64,000 nucleotides of DNA. It comes from Octopus sinensis (lineage: Eukaryota). This document shows positions 49,725 through 63,202 of this stretch, piece by piece. Every line of letters begins with the position of its first letter. Position 1 is the first letter of the stretch. The stretch lies in contig NC_042999.1 of assembly GCF_006345805.1 (NCBI RefSeq), forward strand, positions 156,736,001-156,800,000. Direction: 5' to 3'. Position numbers and translations under genes: made by a program. The notes beneath the pieces were generated by a model that had not been told where the DNA came from, did no database searches, and was given only the letters and a program-made list of their open reading frames with translations.

Positions 49725-50635
49725 CACACACACATATACACACATGCATTCATGCATACATACATACATACATATCATACATACATACATACATAAATAC
49801 ATACATACATACATACATGCATGCATGCATACATACATGCATACATACATGCATACATACATACATACATAACATGCATACATACATACATACATACGTA
49901 CATGCATACATGCATACATACATACATACATACATACATACATACATAAATACATATATACATACATACATGCACACATACATACATACATACATACATA
50001 CATACATACATACATACATACATACATGCATGCACATATACATACATACATACATCCATACATACATGCATATATACATACATAATACATACATGCATAC
50101 ATACATACATACATACATAATACATACATGCATACATACATGCATGCATACATGCATGCATACATACATACATACATAATACATACATGCATACATACAT
50201 ACATACATACATACACACATACATACATACATACATATATACATACATACATGCATACATGCATACATGCATACATACATACATACATGCACACATACAT
50301 ACATATATACATACATGCATACATACATGCATGCATGCATGCATACATACATACATACATACACATACATACATACATACATACATACATACATACATAC
50401 ATACATACATACATACACACATACATACATACATGCATACATACATACATACACACATACATACATACATACATACGTACATACATACATACATACACAC
50501 ATACATACATACATACATACATACACACATACATACATACATACATACACACATACATACATACGTACATACATACATACGTACATACATACATACACAC
50601 ATACATACATACATACATACATACATGCATACATA
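49725..50635. repeat. (CATA)n compound microsatellite, ~900 bp
   Basis: Direct sequence. Confidence 0.95.
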
Positions 50636-50640
50636 TGCAT

Positions 50641-51160
50641 ATCAGCTCTCAGTCCCTCTTGTCCATCATAGTCCAGCAGGCCATAACAGAGGAATTTAAA
50701 ACTGGCTGCCTTTGAGAGTTCCTCTACAATGATGACTTTGTTTTTATAGCTGAATCACTATGAAAACGAGAGAAGAAATTTCAGGAGTGGAAGCAAGGTC
50801 TGGAATCAAAGTGACTAAGAGTTAATTTAGCAAAGACCAAAGTCCTAGTAAGTAGGAAAACAAACAAATCACAAGTCCTTTCAGGGAGATGGCCCTATTC
50901 AATATGTAGAAAAGGTGTAGATAGAAACTCCATGAAGTGTACCAAGTGCAAGCTATGGACACATAACAAAGTGCAGCGGTATCAGAAGGTTAACAAAGAA
51001 AGTAATCTTTGTGACAGAACCACAGGTACAACAAACACTAGCAATGTACAGAAAATAGACTTTCTCAAGTGCCCAGGGGTATACTTAGAAGTAGTAGATA
51101 GCTTCCAATACCAAGGTAACTAAGTCAGCAGTTGAAGAGGATGATCTGAAAATGTAGCCT
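50641..51160 (+). mobile_element. RTE LINE RT fragment with cysteine-rich insertion
   Basis: SALSP..SIIVQQAITEEFKTGCL, FLYNDDF, RVNLAKTKVL, KCTKCKLWTH, LEVVDSFQYQG. Confidence 0.8.
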
Positions 51161-52459
51161 TCTATGTGTCCCTTTTTCAAGGTGGTGCCCCAGCAGTCTA
51201 ATGACTGAAACAGAAAACAAATAAAATATTTTCTCTTTTCAATTTTTAATGTTTGGTCTCACAGCTAAAACGGAAATGACAAATTTTTAAGTTTTTATAA
51301 GTGTAAAAGGGATTAAAATTTCAACACTTCATATCAAATGTTCCAACAAGAATAGGCAGAAAATCAGAGCTTGGATCAAGAAGACACTTTCAACCAATCA
51401 CAATTCTGTTTACATAATCAGTTTGATCAATCACCTTTCTCTGTCAGTTTAGTAAAGTGTCATCCAAGCTGATGTTTATTGGTAATTAAACTTAATTTGC
51501 AACACCTGTGCATATTTATCAGCTTTGTTTTTGTTAGTAATTCTTAACAACTTTTCCTGTGATTTGATTTGAGAAGACATACAGCAGTATGCTAAAGATC
51601 GGACATAATCTCTTGTGGGCAAGAAATGTAAAATAAAGTTTATTATAAGCAACACAAACAATTCATAATTTGATAGCTTTCAATGTGATACCTGTTAAAC
51701 AGATATTATTTTTATTGCATGAAAATTTAATAAAATCTAATCATAAGTGAAGTTATACTAAATAAAACTAAATTGAAAACCTTTTCCTCTGGCCATATCA
51801 GCAATTCTGAAAACTTTTGGGTGCGAAAATTATCCTGAAAATCACCTGCGTAAATTACACAGGTGTGCAAATTACATTGGTTTTTATTGTAATTAAAAAA
51901 AAGATTATAGAATAAGTTTAAGATTCGGGTGACACAAGTATACATACTTTACAATCATTACATACATATATACTCACACACATGTACATATATTCTATTA
52001 GAAGGATGATATATAAAAGTATATATAAATAAAAACAAGCAAAGAGAAGTTACTCAGAGTGACTAGTGACATGTATTTGAATAACTAATATATTAACGGT
52101 CTATTAAATAACATATATGATAAATTCTTGATGAAATGTAATTATTTCCAATTCCAGAGAGGATAAACCAATTGGTTCATGGCAATTAATACCAACTCTA
52201 AGTGAGAAGGGGATAAAATATCAAGAATCAAAACTTTTCCAAAACTGATATGCCATTGAAGGAAAGATAGTTTGATTGTCTGGAGACAAGAGAACAGCTG
52301 GAAACACATATTTCTGCCTCAGTAAGTATCATCAGCACATCATATGTGCTATCTTTGCATCTAGAACTGGTGCGAAGTGATAGGGTTACTCCCTCTGGGT
52401 GTGGAAATAATTTCAATAAATCAAAATTTTATCTATGTTTCTTAATATACCCCTATTCA

Positions 52460-52675
52460 AGGGCAACAAGCTGGCAGGATTGTTAGCACACCGGATAAAA
52501 TGCTTAGTGGCATTTCAGCCACTTTTATGTTCTGAGTTGAAATGCCACCAGAGTAAATTTTGCCTTTCGTCCTTCCAGGGTTGATAAAATAAGTACCAGC
52601 TGAGCACTGGGGTCAATGTAATCAACATAGCTCCAGCCATGAACCTGCTGGCCTTGTGCGAAAATTTGAAACCAA
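52460..52675 (+). mobile_element. Degenerate SINE family D
   Basis: AGCTGGCAG head; TTTGCCTTTCGTCCTTCCAGGGTTGATAAA core. Confidence 0.6.
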
Positions 52676-52699
52676 TATACTCTTATTCATCTTTGTTTC

Positions 52700-52737
<38 letters not shown>

Positions 52738-52738
52738 T

Positions 52739-52769
<31 letters not shown>

Positions 52770-52789
52770 TTGTGTGTGTGTATGTATTC

Positions 52790-53030
52790 TTTTACTCTTT
52801 TACTTATTTCAGTCATTACACTGCAGCCATGCTGGAGCACCGTCTTAAAGGGTTTTGTAGTCAATGAAATCAACACCCGGACTTATTCTTTGTAAGCTTA
52901 GTATTTATTCTATTGATCACTTTTACCGAACCGCTAAGTTATGGGGACATAAACACACCAACATCGGTTGTCAAGTGATGGTGGTGGGGACAAACATAGA
53001 CAAAAAGACACACACACATAAATATATACA
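52790..53030 (-). mobile_element. SINE family A 3' half
   Basis: Reverse-complemented tail. Confidence 0.7.
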
Positions 53031-53034
53031 TATA

Positions 53035-54110
53035 CAGTATCACACAGAAGTATGTACACCCCTAAAAAATTTCAGTAAAATTGCCATTACTCTGATAATA
53101 TCAAAGAAAATCAAATGAAATTTATACTGAATAAAATATATTATACATGCAAACATTATGCAAGTTTGGAATACAAAACAATAAACATTTTCAAAGATAT
53201 GAACGAAATATTAAAATTCAAACGTTGCAAAAATATATACACTCTAAACGAAATTTGCTATATTCAATATTTTATCCACTTTTTTTTATTAAATTCAGGT
53301 ATTGCTGATAATTTCAATTCTAATAAATTATTTCTCCTAGCATTTTTGCACCAGTCATTGTTATTGCATCTGCAAGAATTCTGATTTGTGTACTGTGGTG
53401 AAAATCTTCCTTGTGATTAAAATGACACCAAGAGGAAAAGAATTGTCTGAAGATTTGAAGAAAATTATTTTCAATTTGCACAAGAATGGTTTAGCAAACG
53501 AATACATATTTGCATAAACACAGTTGGCAAAGTACAAAGCTACTGGATGGCCAAGCAATAAACATCATCCAGGTCATCCTTCTATTTTAACTGTGTGTGA
53601 TATTCACCACCTCCAACGTTGCATGATGGATGGCAAATATTGTACCACTTCATCTTTGGCCCAAAAAGTGTCTTCTGTTAGTGGAAAAAGTGTATCTGCC
53701 CAAACAATAGACTGAATTTGAACCCGTGTGATCTTCATGGACACATTCCTTGAAGGAAGCCTTTCTTCACTATCAGGCATAAATCAAGTCATCTTTCTTT
53801 TGCTGAAACCTATGTTGAGTAAGGGGAAGAAGTTTTGGAATAAAATTCTTTATTATGACAAGACTAAAATCAACTTGTTTGGGTCAGATGGTATAAGACG
53901 AGTATGGTGATGACCAGGTGAAGATAATAGCAACAAATGCACCGTCCCTACTGTGAAACACGGCGGCAAAGTGTTATGCTTTGGGGGTGCATGAGTGTGG
54001 CTGGTGTGGGAGGGCTCACATTTATTAAGAGAACAATGGATTCAAGGCTTTATTTTGACGTATTGCAGAAAACAATGTTGAAAAGCATCAAGGAGACCCA
54101 CAGAAGCATA
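53035..54110 (+). mobile_element. Tc1-like transposon, 3'-truncated
   Basis: TA-CAGT start; MTPRGKELSEDLKK, FWNKILYYDKTKINLFGSDG, TVKHGG, VMLWGCMS. Confidence 0.85.
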
Positions 54111-54119
54111 ATTGTTGAA

Positions 54120-54520
54120 GATACTCTGTAGTTTTGTTTGTTGAGTATGAGGGTGCAACATCTTGTATGAATATTATGGTTGCTTTGAAGGTGATCCTTT
54201 GCTTATTTAACCAAGGTTCAAAGTGCTCTCTCAGAAAGGCTATGTAAGCACCTGTGGTATTTTAACACCAGGCATTTTCCAACAACCCACAAAAATACCT
54301 CCAATAATACCTGCCCAAAATCATGATGCCTCTGCTCCTTGTTGGCATCTCAAGCATTGATAACGATCTTGTCCATTTGCAACCCATCTCTTGCCCTAAC
54401 CATAAGGTTCATCAAGGATAACACGAGTTACATCCATAAACAAAACTTTTGAAATGGGCAGATGAGAAACATGAAGGTTGACTTTCCAAAAGTTTTCTTT
54501 ATGGACAAAACTCTTGCAGT
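54120..54520 (-). mobile_element. Second Tc1-like transposase remnant with local inverted duplication
   Basis: FSKVLFMDVTRVILDEPYG*GKRWV...RCQQG..FWAGIIG. Confidence 0.55.
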
Positions 54521-54629
54521 AAAATGCTGAGAGACTGAGACAAGAGATTAGGCTGTGCAGCAGATGCATTCAATCCGTGCTCCTACAGTAAATTAAAGAT
54601 TAAAACCCAGATGCTGATAATTATATGCA

Positions 54630-54649
<20 letters not shown>

Positions 54650-54660
<11 letters not shown>

Positions 54661-55065
54661 ACTTGTTTCAGTCATTTGACTGCGGCCATGTTGGAGCACC
54701 GCCTTTAATCGAGCAACTCGACCCCGGAACTTATTCTTTTTGTAAGCCCAGTACTTATTCTATCAGTCTCTTTTGCTGAACCGCTGAGTAACGGGGACAT
54801 AAACACACCAGCATCGGTTGTCAAGCAATGCTAGGGGGACAAACACAGACACACAAACAAACACACCCACATACACATATATATATATATATATATACAT
54901 ATATACGACAGGCTTCTTTCAGTTTCCGTCTACCAAATCCACTCACAAGGCATTGGTCAGCCCGGGGCTATAGCAGAAGACACTTGCCCAAGATGCCACG
55001 CAGTGGGACTGAACCCGGAACCATGCGGTTGGTTAGCAAGCTACTTACCACACAGCCACTCCTGC
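54650..55065 (-). mobile_element. SINE family A
   Basis: Complete unit, reverse strand. Confidence 0.85.
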
Positions 55066-55740
55066 ACAAACATACACATACAAAGATGCGTATCATTATT
55101 TTATTAATCTAATTTAAATAATACATTAAGTACACAAAAAATGGGACAATTTCTATTGATTAAAATTTTGTCTGTACATTATTCTGAGCTCTGTGAATAC
55201 ATGCATCAGCCACTTGAATTATTTCCCTTAGCTCACATTTTACATCAATGTACAAATTGCAAGTTGATAAAATATCAAGTCTTACAGTCTTAAAGCATAC
55301 ATCACCAAAAAACAATTCTTATGGGTTAGTAGGTTATGAGATTTCCATTCATTTGCCCCAATCTTTTATTGCACAACAGTGTATCCCTTTCAGTGATATA
55401 TCATCTTGAAACAAAATATAGCAATTAATTTATCTTTTCTATCTAAAGACACACTAACATAAGGTTAATGTGAATACCTTTTACGCTATGTGTCATCACC
55501 CTCCGTATAATTGGATACTGTAATTTTGGTTATTGATACTTAACAGGAAAAAATTTATACACACAGACACTTAAAATATTTACTTGACACGGTGTGCTTA
55601 GATTAAATTTCTAAATAGAGCTACATCATGTGCTTAATATAGAATTTTTAACCTCTGTGTGAAAAATATACCACAAGACTTTCAACAGTTATGGATAAAG
55701 AATGATTTGGTTAATATGCAAGAGAAATGTTATATATATA

Positions 55741-56991
55741 CAGCGGTTGGATAAAATAATGGAAACATCTTAAAATTCCAAACAAATTTATTTTAATATG
55801 GAGTAGGACTGCCTTTGGCAGTAATTACAGCTTGAATTCTATGAAATGTGGACTCGTACAAAGTTTGAATTGTTTCCAAAGGAATTTTTTGTCCATTCTT
55901 CAGCTAAAACAGTCTTCAGTTCTTGTAGTGATGATGGTGGAGGATATCGACTCCTTACTTGTTTTTCTAAAATAAACCATAAATGTTCAATAATATTGAG
56001 ATCTGGGGACTGTAGTGGCCAGATAAGATGTTCAAGTTTCACTAGAATGTTCCTTGTGCCATTCCGTAACAACTTTATCTGTGTGAATTGGTGCATTATC
56101 ATCCTAAAAGATTGTGTTTCTCTCTGAAAACAGTTCCGCAACCTTATAATAAATTTGATCAGATAAAATGCTTAAATAGTCTTGACTATTACTTCTGCCA
56201 CAATGGGAAACTACTGGGCCAGTGGATTTCCAAGATATAGCCCCCACCCTCCCAGATCATCACAGATCCTCCTCCATGTTTGATAGTTGGAAGAAGGCAG
56301 TCTGGGTCAAATGCTTATTTTGCTTGTCTCCACAAATATACTCGGCTGGTGTTGGAAATAGGGTAAAGGGTGACTTATTTGAGAAACAACATTCTTTCAC
56401 TGCTCTAGGGACCAATTCTGTAGGTTTTTACTCCACTCTAAACACTTTGCAACGTTTGTTTTTGAAAGTAGTGGTTTTCTGATTACAACCCTCCCATGAA
56501 ATCTGGCTCTGTGCAGCTCCCGGCAAACAGGTTTTGTGGAAACTGGGTTTTTGAGGTGGTCATTAAGCTCTACAGTAACTTTGGGAGCAGTACTTTTGTG
56601 ATCCTTTCTAACAATTAATGTAAGAGTCTGACAGTCTCAATCTGAAAGTTATGGTTTTCTTCTGGAATTTTGTTTTGAAAAACTGTCATTACTTTCAAGA
56701 CAGTACTTCTTGATATACCAAACATTTCGGCTGATTTTATTATGCTAGCACCTGCCATATGAGCACCAACAATTTGAGCTCTTTGAAAGTCCAATAGATC
56801 TGTCATTTTAACGAATTTTAATTACCTTTTTCTGACAATATCTGAAAAGAAACAGCAATTTTAGCAAAACATATTAAGCAACACTAATAAGTCAAAAAAC
56901 ATAAAAATAAACAAGCTTTTGACGGTTTTATAGATATTCAAAATTATGATGCTATGATGCTACGTGTTTCCATTATTTTGTCCAACTCCTG
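55741..56991 (-). mobile_element. Tc1 (DD34E) transposon, degenerate
   Basis: TIRs CAG..GTTGGA(T/C)AAAATAATGGAAACA with TA TSD; MTDLLDFQRAQIVGA; WPLQSPDLNIIEHLW. Confidence 0.9.
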
Positions 56992-57249
56992 TATATAGGT
57001 TTGGTGATACAAACACCAAAACAGAATTCAGAACATCAGTATATATATTTTATTATTAATCAGGAAAAGTTACAGAGTAACTCAAAGGTTGAGAGTTCCA
57101 TTGCTAATGCATAACATTTTCAGCCCTGCCGATTTTTAATAATAAAATACATATATGCATGCAGTGTGTTAAGGTGAAATCTGACAATTTGCATAAAAGG
57201 AAACACAATATCCCATCCAAAAATAAAGTATTTAAAAAATATCACTCAG

Positions 57250-57822
57250 TTTCCAGCATGGCTTCAAGACAGCTCCAGAACCTGGTGCGTGCATTCCTCA
57301 TTGTGTGTCCCTGGGAAGATCTTCAAACTCTTCTTTGATCTTAGCCTTGATGTTACTGGCAGAATGGTTTGTGTCTTTCTCAGCTGCACCTCACACATAG
57401 AAGTTCACGGGATTACAATTGGTGGGATTAAGAGGTCAGAAACTGGGGCTGGAGAAGTCATAGAAATTCTCCGATGACACTTCTGATTCTTTCAGGAGGT
57501 CTGGCAAAGATCCAAATCCTGCTGCCTTACATATGGCCTTCCAACAGCAATCCTCTCCAACCGGGGTTTGATCACAGTCTCCAGCAGCTTCACAAGCCAT
57601 CCAAGAATTTGGACTGGAGATCTCCATTTCCACTGACTTCGAGGATCACCTCCCAGTGGTGTCGGGCGTCAATGAAGAGGCCTCGACTACAACAAGAAGT
57701 TCAAAGTTTTCTTTTTTTTCCAAGGTCTGGGGTCTCCCGCCCTGAAGCCCTAGACCATCACCTAATCACCCTTACCCATCTTGTTGCTTAACAACAACAA
57801 CAACAACAGCAGCAGCAGCAGC
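57250..57822 (+). mobile_element. Possible degenerate LINE 3' end with (CAA/CAG)n tail
   Basis: GC-richer coding-like segment with stops ending in (CAA)n; family not resolved. Confidence 0.3.
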
Positions 57823-58222
57823 TTCACAAAGCCTTCTGAATTGAACTTAAGGTCCTGTTCAAATGTGTAGAATGGCATGATGTCACCCTCACTAGAGACC
57901 ACCCAAAGACCATCACAGTCTTGCTGGCCATAGCTTCATAGTCTCTACTGCAGCTGTCCATGTCATGTCATACAGCCTTTACAGTGTTCAGAGAGTCATG
58001 ATGTCAGCATTTTGATATCTGGTGTGAATCATCACGATACAGGTAATTCTTTTCCAGTCCTTCATGTTGGCTAACTTTTTCTCAACTACAACTTTTTCTT
58101 TATGCTCCCTAAAGCCATTGACTGCTTACCAATACATGAAACAGTCCCCCCCCCCAAAAAAAAGGAGACATAAAATCATCAAATTTAGCCAAAACACCCT
58201 GTGTATATATAATATATATTTC

Positions 58223-58650
58223 GGGATCTTTTCGGTTTGAACGGCAGTTTTTTCTAGCGGTATCATGAAATTGCCACCCATAATTATGACCCTAGAATCG
58301 ATCTATTGCATTTCAGTCTCTTTTATGGTTAGGGTTAGTTAGGGTTAGGGTTAGGGGTGGGGGAAGGGTATCTTTTTTTTCACAAATGTAAATAAACCCA
58401 ATCTGTTTCTTAAACGAGGGACATATTCATATGGCACAGAATGTTTTTTTAACTCAATGGACGTCATCGACTGGTTGAAATTGCAGAAATTGAAGAAAAA
58501 AAACAACAAATATCTTACAAACTATAGAATTTTCTCAATAAAGCCAAGAGAAAAAGATTTTTTATAAACACATTCTACCAGTATACAAAGTCTAAAATTT
58601 TTTTAGTTACCTAGAAATTATGATAAAAACTGCCGTTCAAACCGAAGATC
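58223..58650. mobile_element. MITE with TTAGGG tract (second copy)
   Basis: Near-identical to 43131-43546. Confidence 0.75.
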
Positions 58651-58879
58651 TAGATTTCATGTGTGTGTGTGTGTGTGCGCGCGCACGTGTATGGCATGAC
58701 TAAAACATTAAAAATTTAAAACAATTCTATAGACTTTCTCAAAAGTGTTACATATCAGTAGAAAGGGTTGTTACTGAATTCTTGTGCACTTAGTCTATTT
58801 TCCTAAACAGACTTGTAAAGAATAAATTCTCTGTCGACCTTGATGGCAAATATTACCACTTTTTATTATTAAAAGATCC

Positions 58880-59230
58880 AACCTTGCCACATGGGCAAGG
58901 AAAGGAAAGTGGTAGCACAGACAGTTTCCTGGGAGGCAAACATCAAAGATGCTTTTCTCAGGAAAGACAGAAAATACAGTAAGCTGGTTGAACTCTGTGT
59001 AAACAATGGATGGAAAGCAAACTGCCTTCCCCTAGAGATAGGTTTTAGAGGGTTGGTTGGAATCGGGATTCACTCAGTGCTCAGAAATCTTGGACTAGCT
59101 GCAAAGGTGACGAAAGATGTTGCAGAAATTTATCAGAAGCTTCTGAGAAAGCAAGCCTTTATATCTATCCCAAGAGAGAGAACAAGTAGAGTAGCAAGAA
59201 TAAACATTGAGGATGGTCAAAAGATGAGGC
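58880..59230 (+). mobile_element. RLE-domain non-LTR retrotransposon C-terminal fragment (Hero/NeSL-like)
   Basis: TVSWEANIKDAFLRKDRKYSKLVELCVNNGWKANCLPLEIGFRG (cf. LTVPWE...K..KY..L...GW...P.E.G.RG). Confidence 0.7.
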
Positions 59231-60023
59231 CTTGGATCACAACGTCTGATTCAACAAAGCGTGTGCTGTTCTGTGGGAGAACTGTTACCTACTTCAGTGG
59301 GTGGTCCCAGGCAGCTTTGGTATTGAGGCAGAAGGGGCTAAAACGCTGACAGAGCTGAAGTACATTAACCTCCTCAGTACACAAGAGTTTACCCTAAAGA
59401 TTACAGGCAAATTAAGTTATTGAAGTATTCATGTTGCATTAAGAGTGAATATTTCTTTATAAACAATGTTTTTTTGGTTTATTTCAGGATGCATAAGCAA
59501 AAAGATTTGTTTTTGCTCCCACATGTGATGCTCCTACACAACGTTGGCCATGTGGAGTGAATATTTCTTTATAAATAATGTTTTTTTGTTTTAATGCAGT
59601 TCCTAATAAGTTTGTGCACAATTAATGTTGTACCATAGCATAATTTTTGTTGAGACAAATTATGCAGCTCCAACATAAAGTTAGACATGTGAAAAGCAAG
59701 GTTGTTCAAGTTGCAATCCAGCAACTTTTAGTGATTGGCAAAAGGAAGTGGGATAGGGAAGTGTAACGGGTTAAATTGGAATGGGACATTAGATGGTATA
59801 ACTGGTATGTGACCAATGAAGACGGTGTCACCTTTACCACAACCAGTGAAAATATTTGCCTCAATGCAGATCCTCCTAAGTTTGTACACAATTAGTGTTG
59901 TACCTTTGCATAATTTTTGTTGAGACAAATTACGGAATAGCATAATAGCTTCCCCTGAACAAGGTACTTTCATTTTGCATTTTGCTAGACAAACAAACAA
60001 ACAAATAAGCAGACAGAATCTCT

Positions 60024-60065
<42 letters not shown>

Positions 60066-60312
60066 ACATATATGTTAGCAACATATCATGAACAAATAAA
60101 AAGTGCAAGTTCCTGAATTTACATAGATCTTCATTTTTTCACTCAGGCTACTTTAAAAGCCATGTGCCAATAAGAGAGTCTCTGAGTGGTCATTAAACCT
60201 ACAAGAATAGTGGCTATGTCTCTTTGCAGTTATAACTTATTCCTTTCCAAAAGGACATATATTATCCAAAAGGAAATTTCAAGTTAATTCTAATCAAATA
60301 TTTTTATTTCAA

Positions 60313-61219
60313 ACTAGCAGTATTGCCCGGCGTTGCTTGGGTTTGTAAGGGAAATAACTATATAAGCATTTTTAGAGAGTTATAGCCCAAAAATAGCAAA
60401 AAAATGCATTAAAAATGGAAAAAAATTATGGTAATTTTTTTTTTTAATCGTTGACTCATCGTAGACATTTTTAGAGAGTTACTTTCCTTATATAATAGCG
60501 AAAAAAATGCATTAAAATGGAAAAAAATGATGGTAAATTTTTTTTTAAAATCGTAGACTCATCATAGACGTGCGCTAATACCCAGAAGGGCTCGATATGA
60601 ATCACGACTATAATATACCTGGTTTTGGTTAAACTGCACTGCAAAATATGGGAGTAGTTAGGAATCTAAATCGTAGGAGACAGACACACAACTTCACTTT
60701 TATATATAAAGACTAGCAGTATCGCCCGGCGTTGCTCGGGTTTGTAAGGGAAATAACTATATAAGCATTTTTAGAGAGTTACTTCCCTTATAAATTCGGG
60801 CTTTCTTAGCCATTTTTGTTTTGGTGTCTTCAAGCCATGAAGTCGTTGTTCTAAAAGAACGCTGGTTTCCTTCACAACGCATTACGACGTTGATTTCTTT
60901 ACACTCCCTTCCCCACAGCTTCACGAGGGAGGGAAGGGGGAGAAGCAAACAGGTGCAGCTGTGAGCGTGGACGCCAACTTCGCCGCCATCAACATACGAT
61001 GCATTTTATGCATTAAAATGGAATAAAAAATGATGTTAAATTATTTTTAAAATCGTAGACTCATCGTTGACGCGCGCTAATAGTCAGACAGGCTCGATAT
61101 GAATCACGACTATAAGATACCCGAATTTGGTTAAACTGCACCGCAAAATGTGGGAGGAGTTAGGAATCTAAATCGAAGGGGACAGACACTCACACAACTA
61201 GAGTTTTATATATATAGAT
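60313..61219 (+). mobile_element. Two head-to-tail Helitron-like copies (60313-60712, 60712-61219)
   Basis: Junction TATATAAAG-ACTAGCAGT; the second copy has an extra ~215-bp GC-richer segment. Confidence 0.7.
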
Positions 61220-62134
61220 ATAGTACTACCTGGTGGTTGATCCCCTTTTTGAAATTTGAAATTAAATTTTATAATTTTTATTTATTTATTTAGATTTAAG
61301 TGTTACATTTCTTTACTAGTTCCAGCTATTTGCTATGGTATTACCATCAAGTTCTCTAAATTTGACTATTTGCTTAACATATTTCTCTTATTTCTTCTTT
61401 TGATTGAAAAGAAACCTATACTTCCTTTGAAGTAATGAAGGCATATTCTATACCTGATCTTGGAACCCACCCCATAGCAATCAAATTTGTATCTCTATGA
61501 TTTAATCTTTTCTCTATAGTTTAGGTTCTAAGAAATAGTGGCTCCTCACTATTTTTTATATTTTTTATATGTGTGTGTGTATGCATGTGTATATTCTTTA
61601 ATTACACATTTATGAAATGCAGAGAAGACACATGCATTTATAATTTTTTTTAGTTAAAATTCTCATCAGATATAAATGGTTCTAATTTATCATAGAAGCA
61701 ACAGAGGCTTCACCACCAAAAGGTCAAGCAAGAAAATATTATTAAACAATAGTACAGAAATATTTGATTCTTTGAGTGGAATATCTCAGCAGAGCTGTAA
61801 TTTGATTCTTTGCTGAAGCACAAGCAAAAGCCTTTAGATGCTAAAGAAAGTAGTAAATTTCTTAGAAAATTTATTGGTTAAATCTGATGTTTCAGCTAAA
61901 AATAGATTTTGGAGAACTGTGAGAAAAATCTTTAGCATATGAAGTAAAGTGCTTTTTTCAATAAAACCAGAGGGCTGACTTAAAAATTTTTATTATCTTC
62001 ATACTACACTTGATCAGGTATATGTTTCACAAGGAAGAAATTTAAAGATTACAGACCCAAGTTTAGAAAAATACATGTGATCAGCAATTGGTAGGTTGTG
62101 ATTCCAATTCTGACTGGGATGAGTCAGTAGCTCA

Positions 62135-62157
62135 GATTATTATTATTATCATTATTA

Positions 62158-62194
<37 letters not shown>

Positions 62195-62256
62195 CATTAT
62201 TATTATTATTATTATTATCATTATTATTATTATCATTATTATTATTATTATCATTA

Positions 62257-62289
<33 letters not shown>

Positions 62290-62315
62290 CATCATCATTA
62301 TTATTATTATCATCA

Positions 62316-62349
<34 letters not shown>

Positions 62350-62404
62350 CATTATTATTATTATTATTATTATCATTATTATTATATTATTATTATTATT
62401 ATTA

Positions 62405-62444
<40 letters not shown>

Positions 62445-62530
62445 CATCATCATTATTATTATTATCGTCATTATTATTATTATTATCATTATTATTATTA
62501 TATTATTATTATTATTATTATTATTGTTAT
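62135..62530. repeat. (ATT)n microsatellite
   Basis: Direct sequence; a second tract lies at ~62886-62965. Confidence 0.95.
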
Positions 62531-62886
62531 CTTTTTTTTCCTCTTCTTTCAAATTTGCTTTCATTTCTTGCCGAGTGTCTTCCCGACTCCTAGGGCAAAG
62601 AAACTCATAGTATACATTGGTAGACCATTAAACTAAACTCACTAGTTCATTCATTTTTTTTTTTTTAAGTTAAATTAAAATACATGGGTAGTAATAGTTC
62701 TCACATCGACAATGCTATTCTCAATACGTGTGATGTACCAGTTAAGACAAACTTTTGCACTTCTTGCAGGGATGGTAAGCCAGGGATCATTCTCATATAA
62801 TTTTCGGTTCCCTTCTTGATCATTCTTAGTGCTCCTACGATCACATGCTCATTGAAATTGAGAAAATTTTAGCTTCTCAAGGCGGT
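62530..62886 (-). mobile_element. 5'-truncated R4/Dong-like RLE retrotransposon
   Basis: VIVGALRMIKKGTENYMRMIPGLPSLQEVQKFVLTGTSHVLRIALSM* plus 3' UTR, flanked on both sides by (TAA)n. Confidence 0.7.
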
Positions 62887-62899
62887 TGTTATTATTATT

Positions 62900-62966
<67 letters not shown>

Positions 62967-63022
62967 GGTGTTGAGCTTGTATAACCCACAAACCTAGGTC
63001 AGCATAGTTTGATGCTATGTTT

Positions 63023-63202
63023 TAAAAAGCACCCACTACACTCACGGAGTGGTTGGTGTTAGGAAGGGCATCCAGCCGTAGAAACACTGCCAGATTTGAC
63101 TGGGCCTGATGAAGCCTTCTGGCTTCACAGACCCCAGTAGAACCGTCCAACCCATGCTAGCATGGAAAACGGATGCTAAACGACGATGATGATGATGATG
63201 AT
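63023..63202 (+). mobile_element. Family B 3' fragment
   Basis: Conserved 3' end plus (GAT)n. Confidence 0.85.

Noticed and set aside
16861-50715. Long ORFs of MYVC/HTYI/IYIY type in the ORF track (e.g. 31302-32195, 49650-50630)
   Set aside because: Translations of stop-free (CATA)n, (TA)n and (CA)n microsatellites; no coding evidence.
52290-52340. CTGATGA-TACTT ACTG AGGCA-GAAA on the minus strand, and the overlapping 62-aa ORF 52228-52416
   Set aside because: No stem I pairing; the ORF has a possible acceptor but no good donor or phase link to the gene model.
62088-62636. 182-aa poly-Ile/Leu/Tyr ORF
   Set aside because: Translation of (ATT)n.
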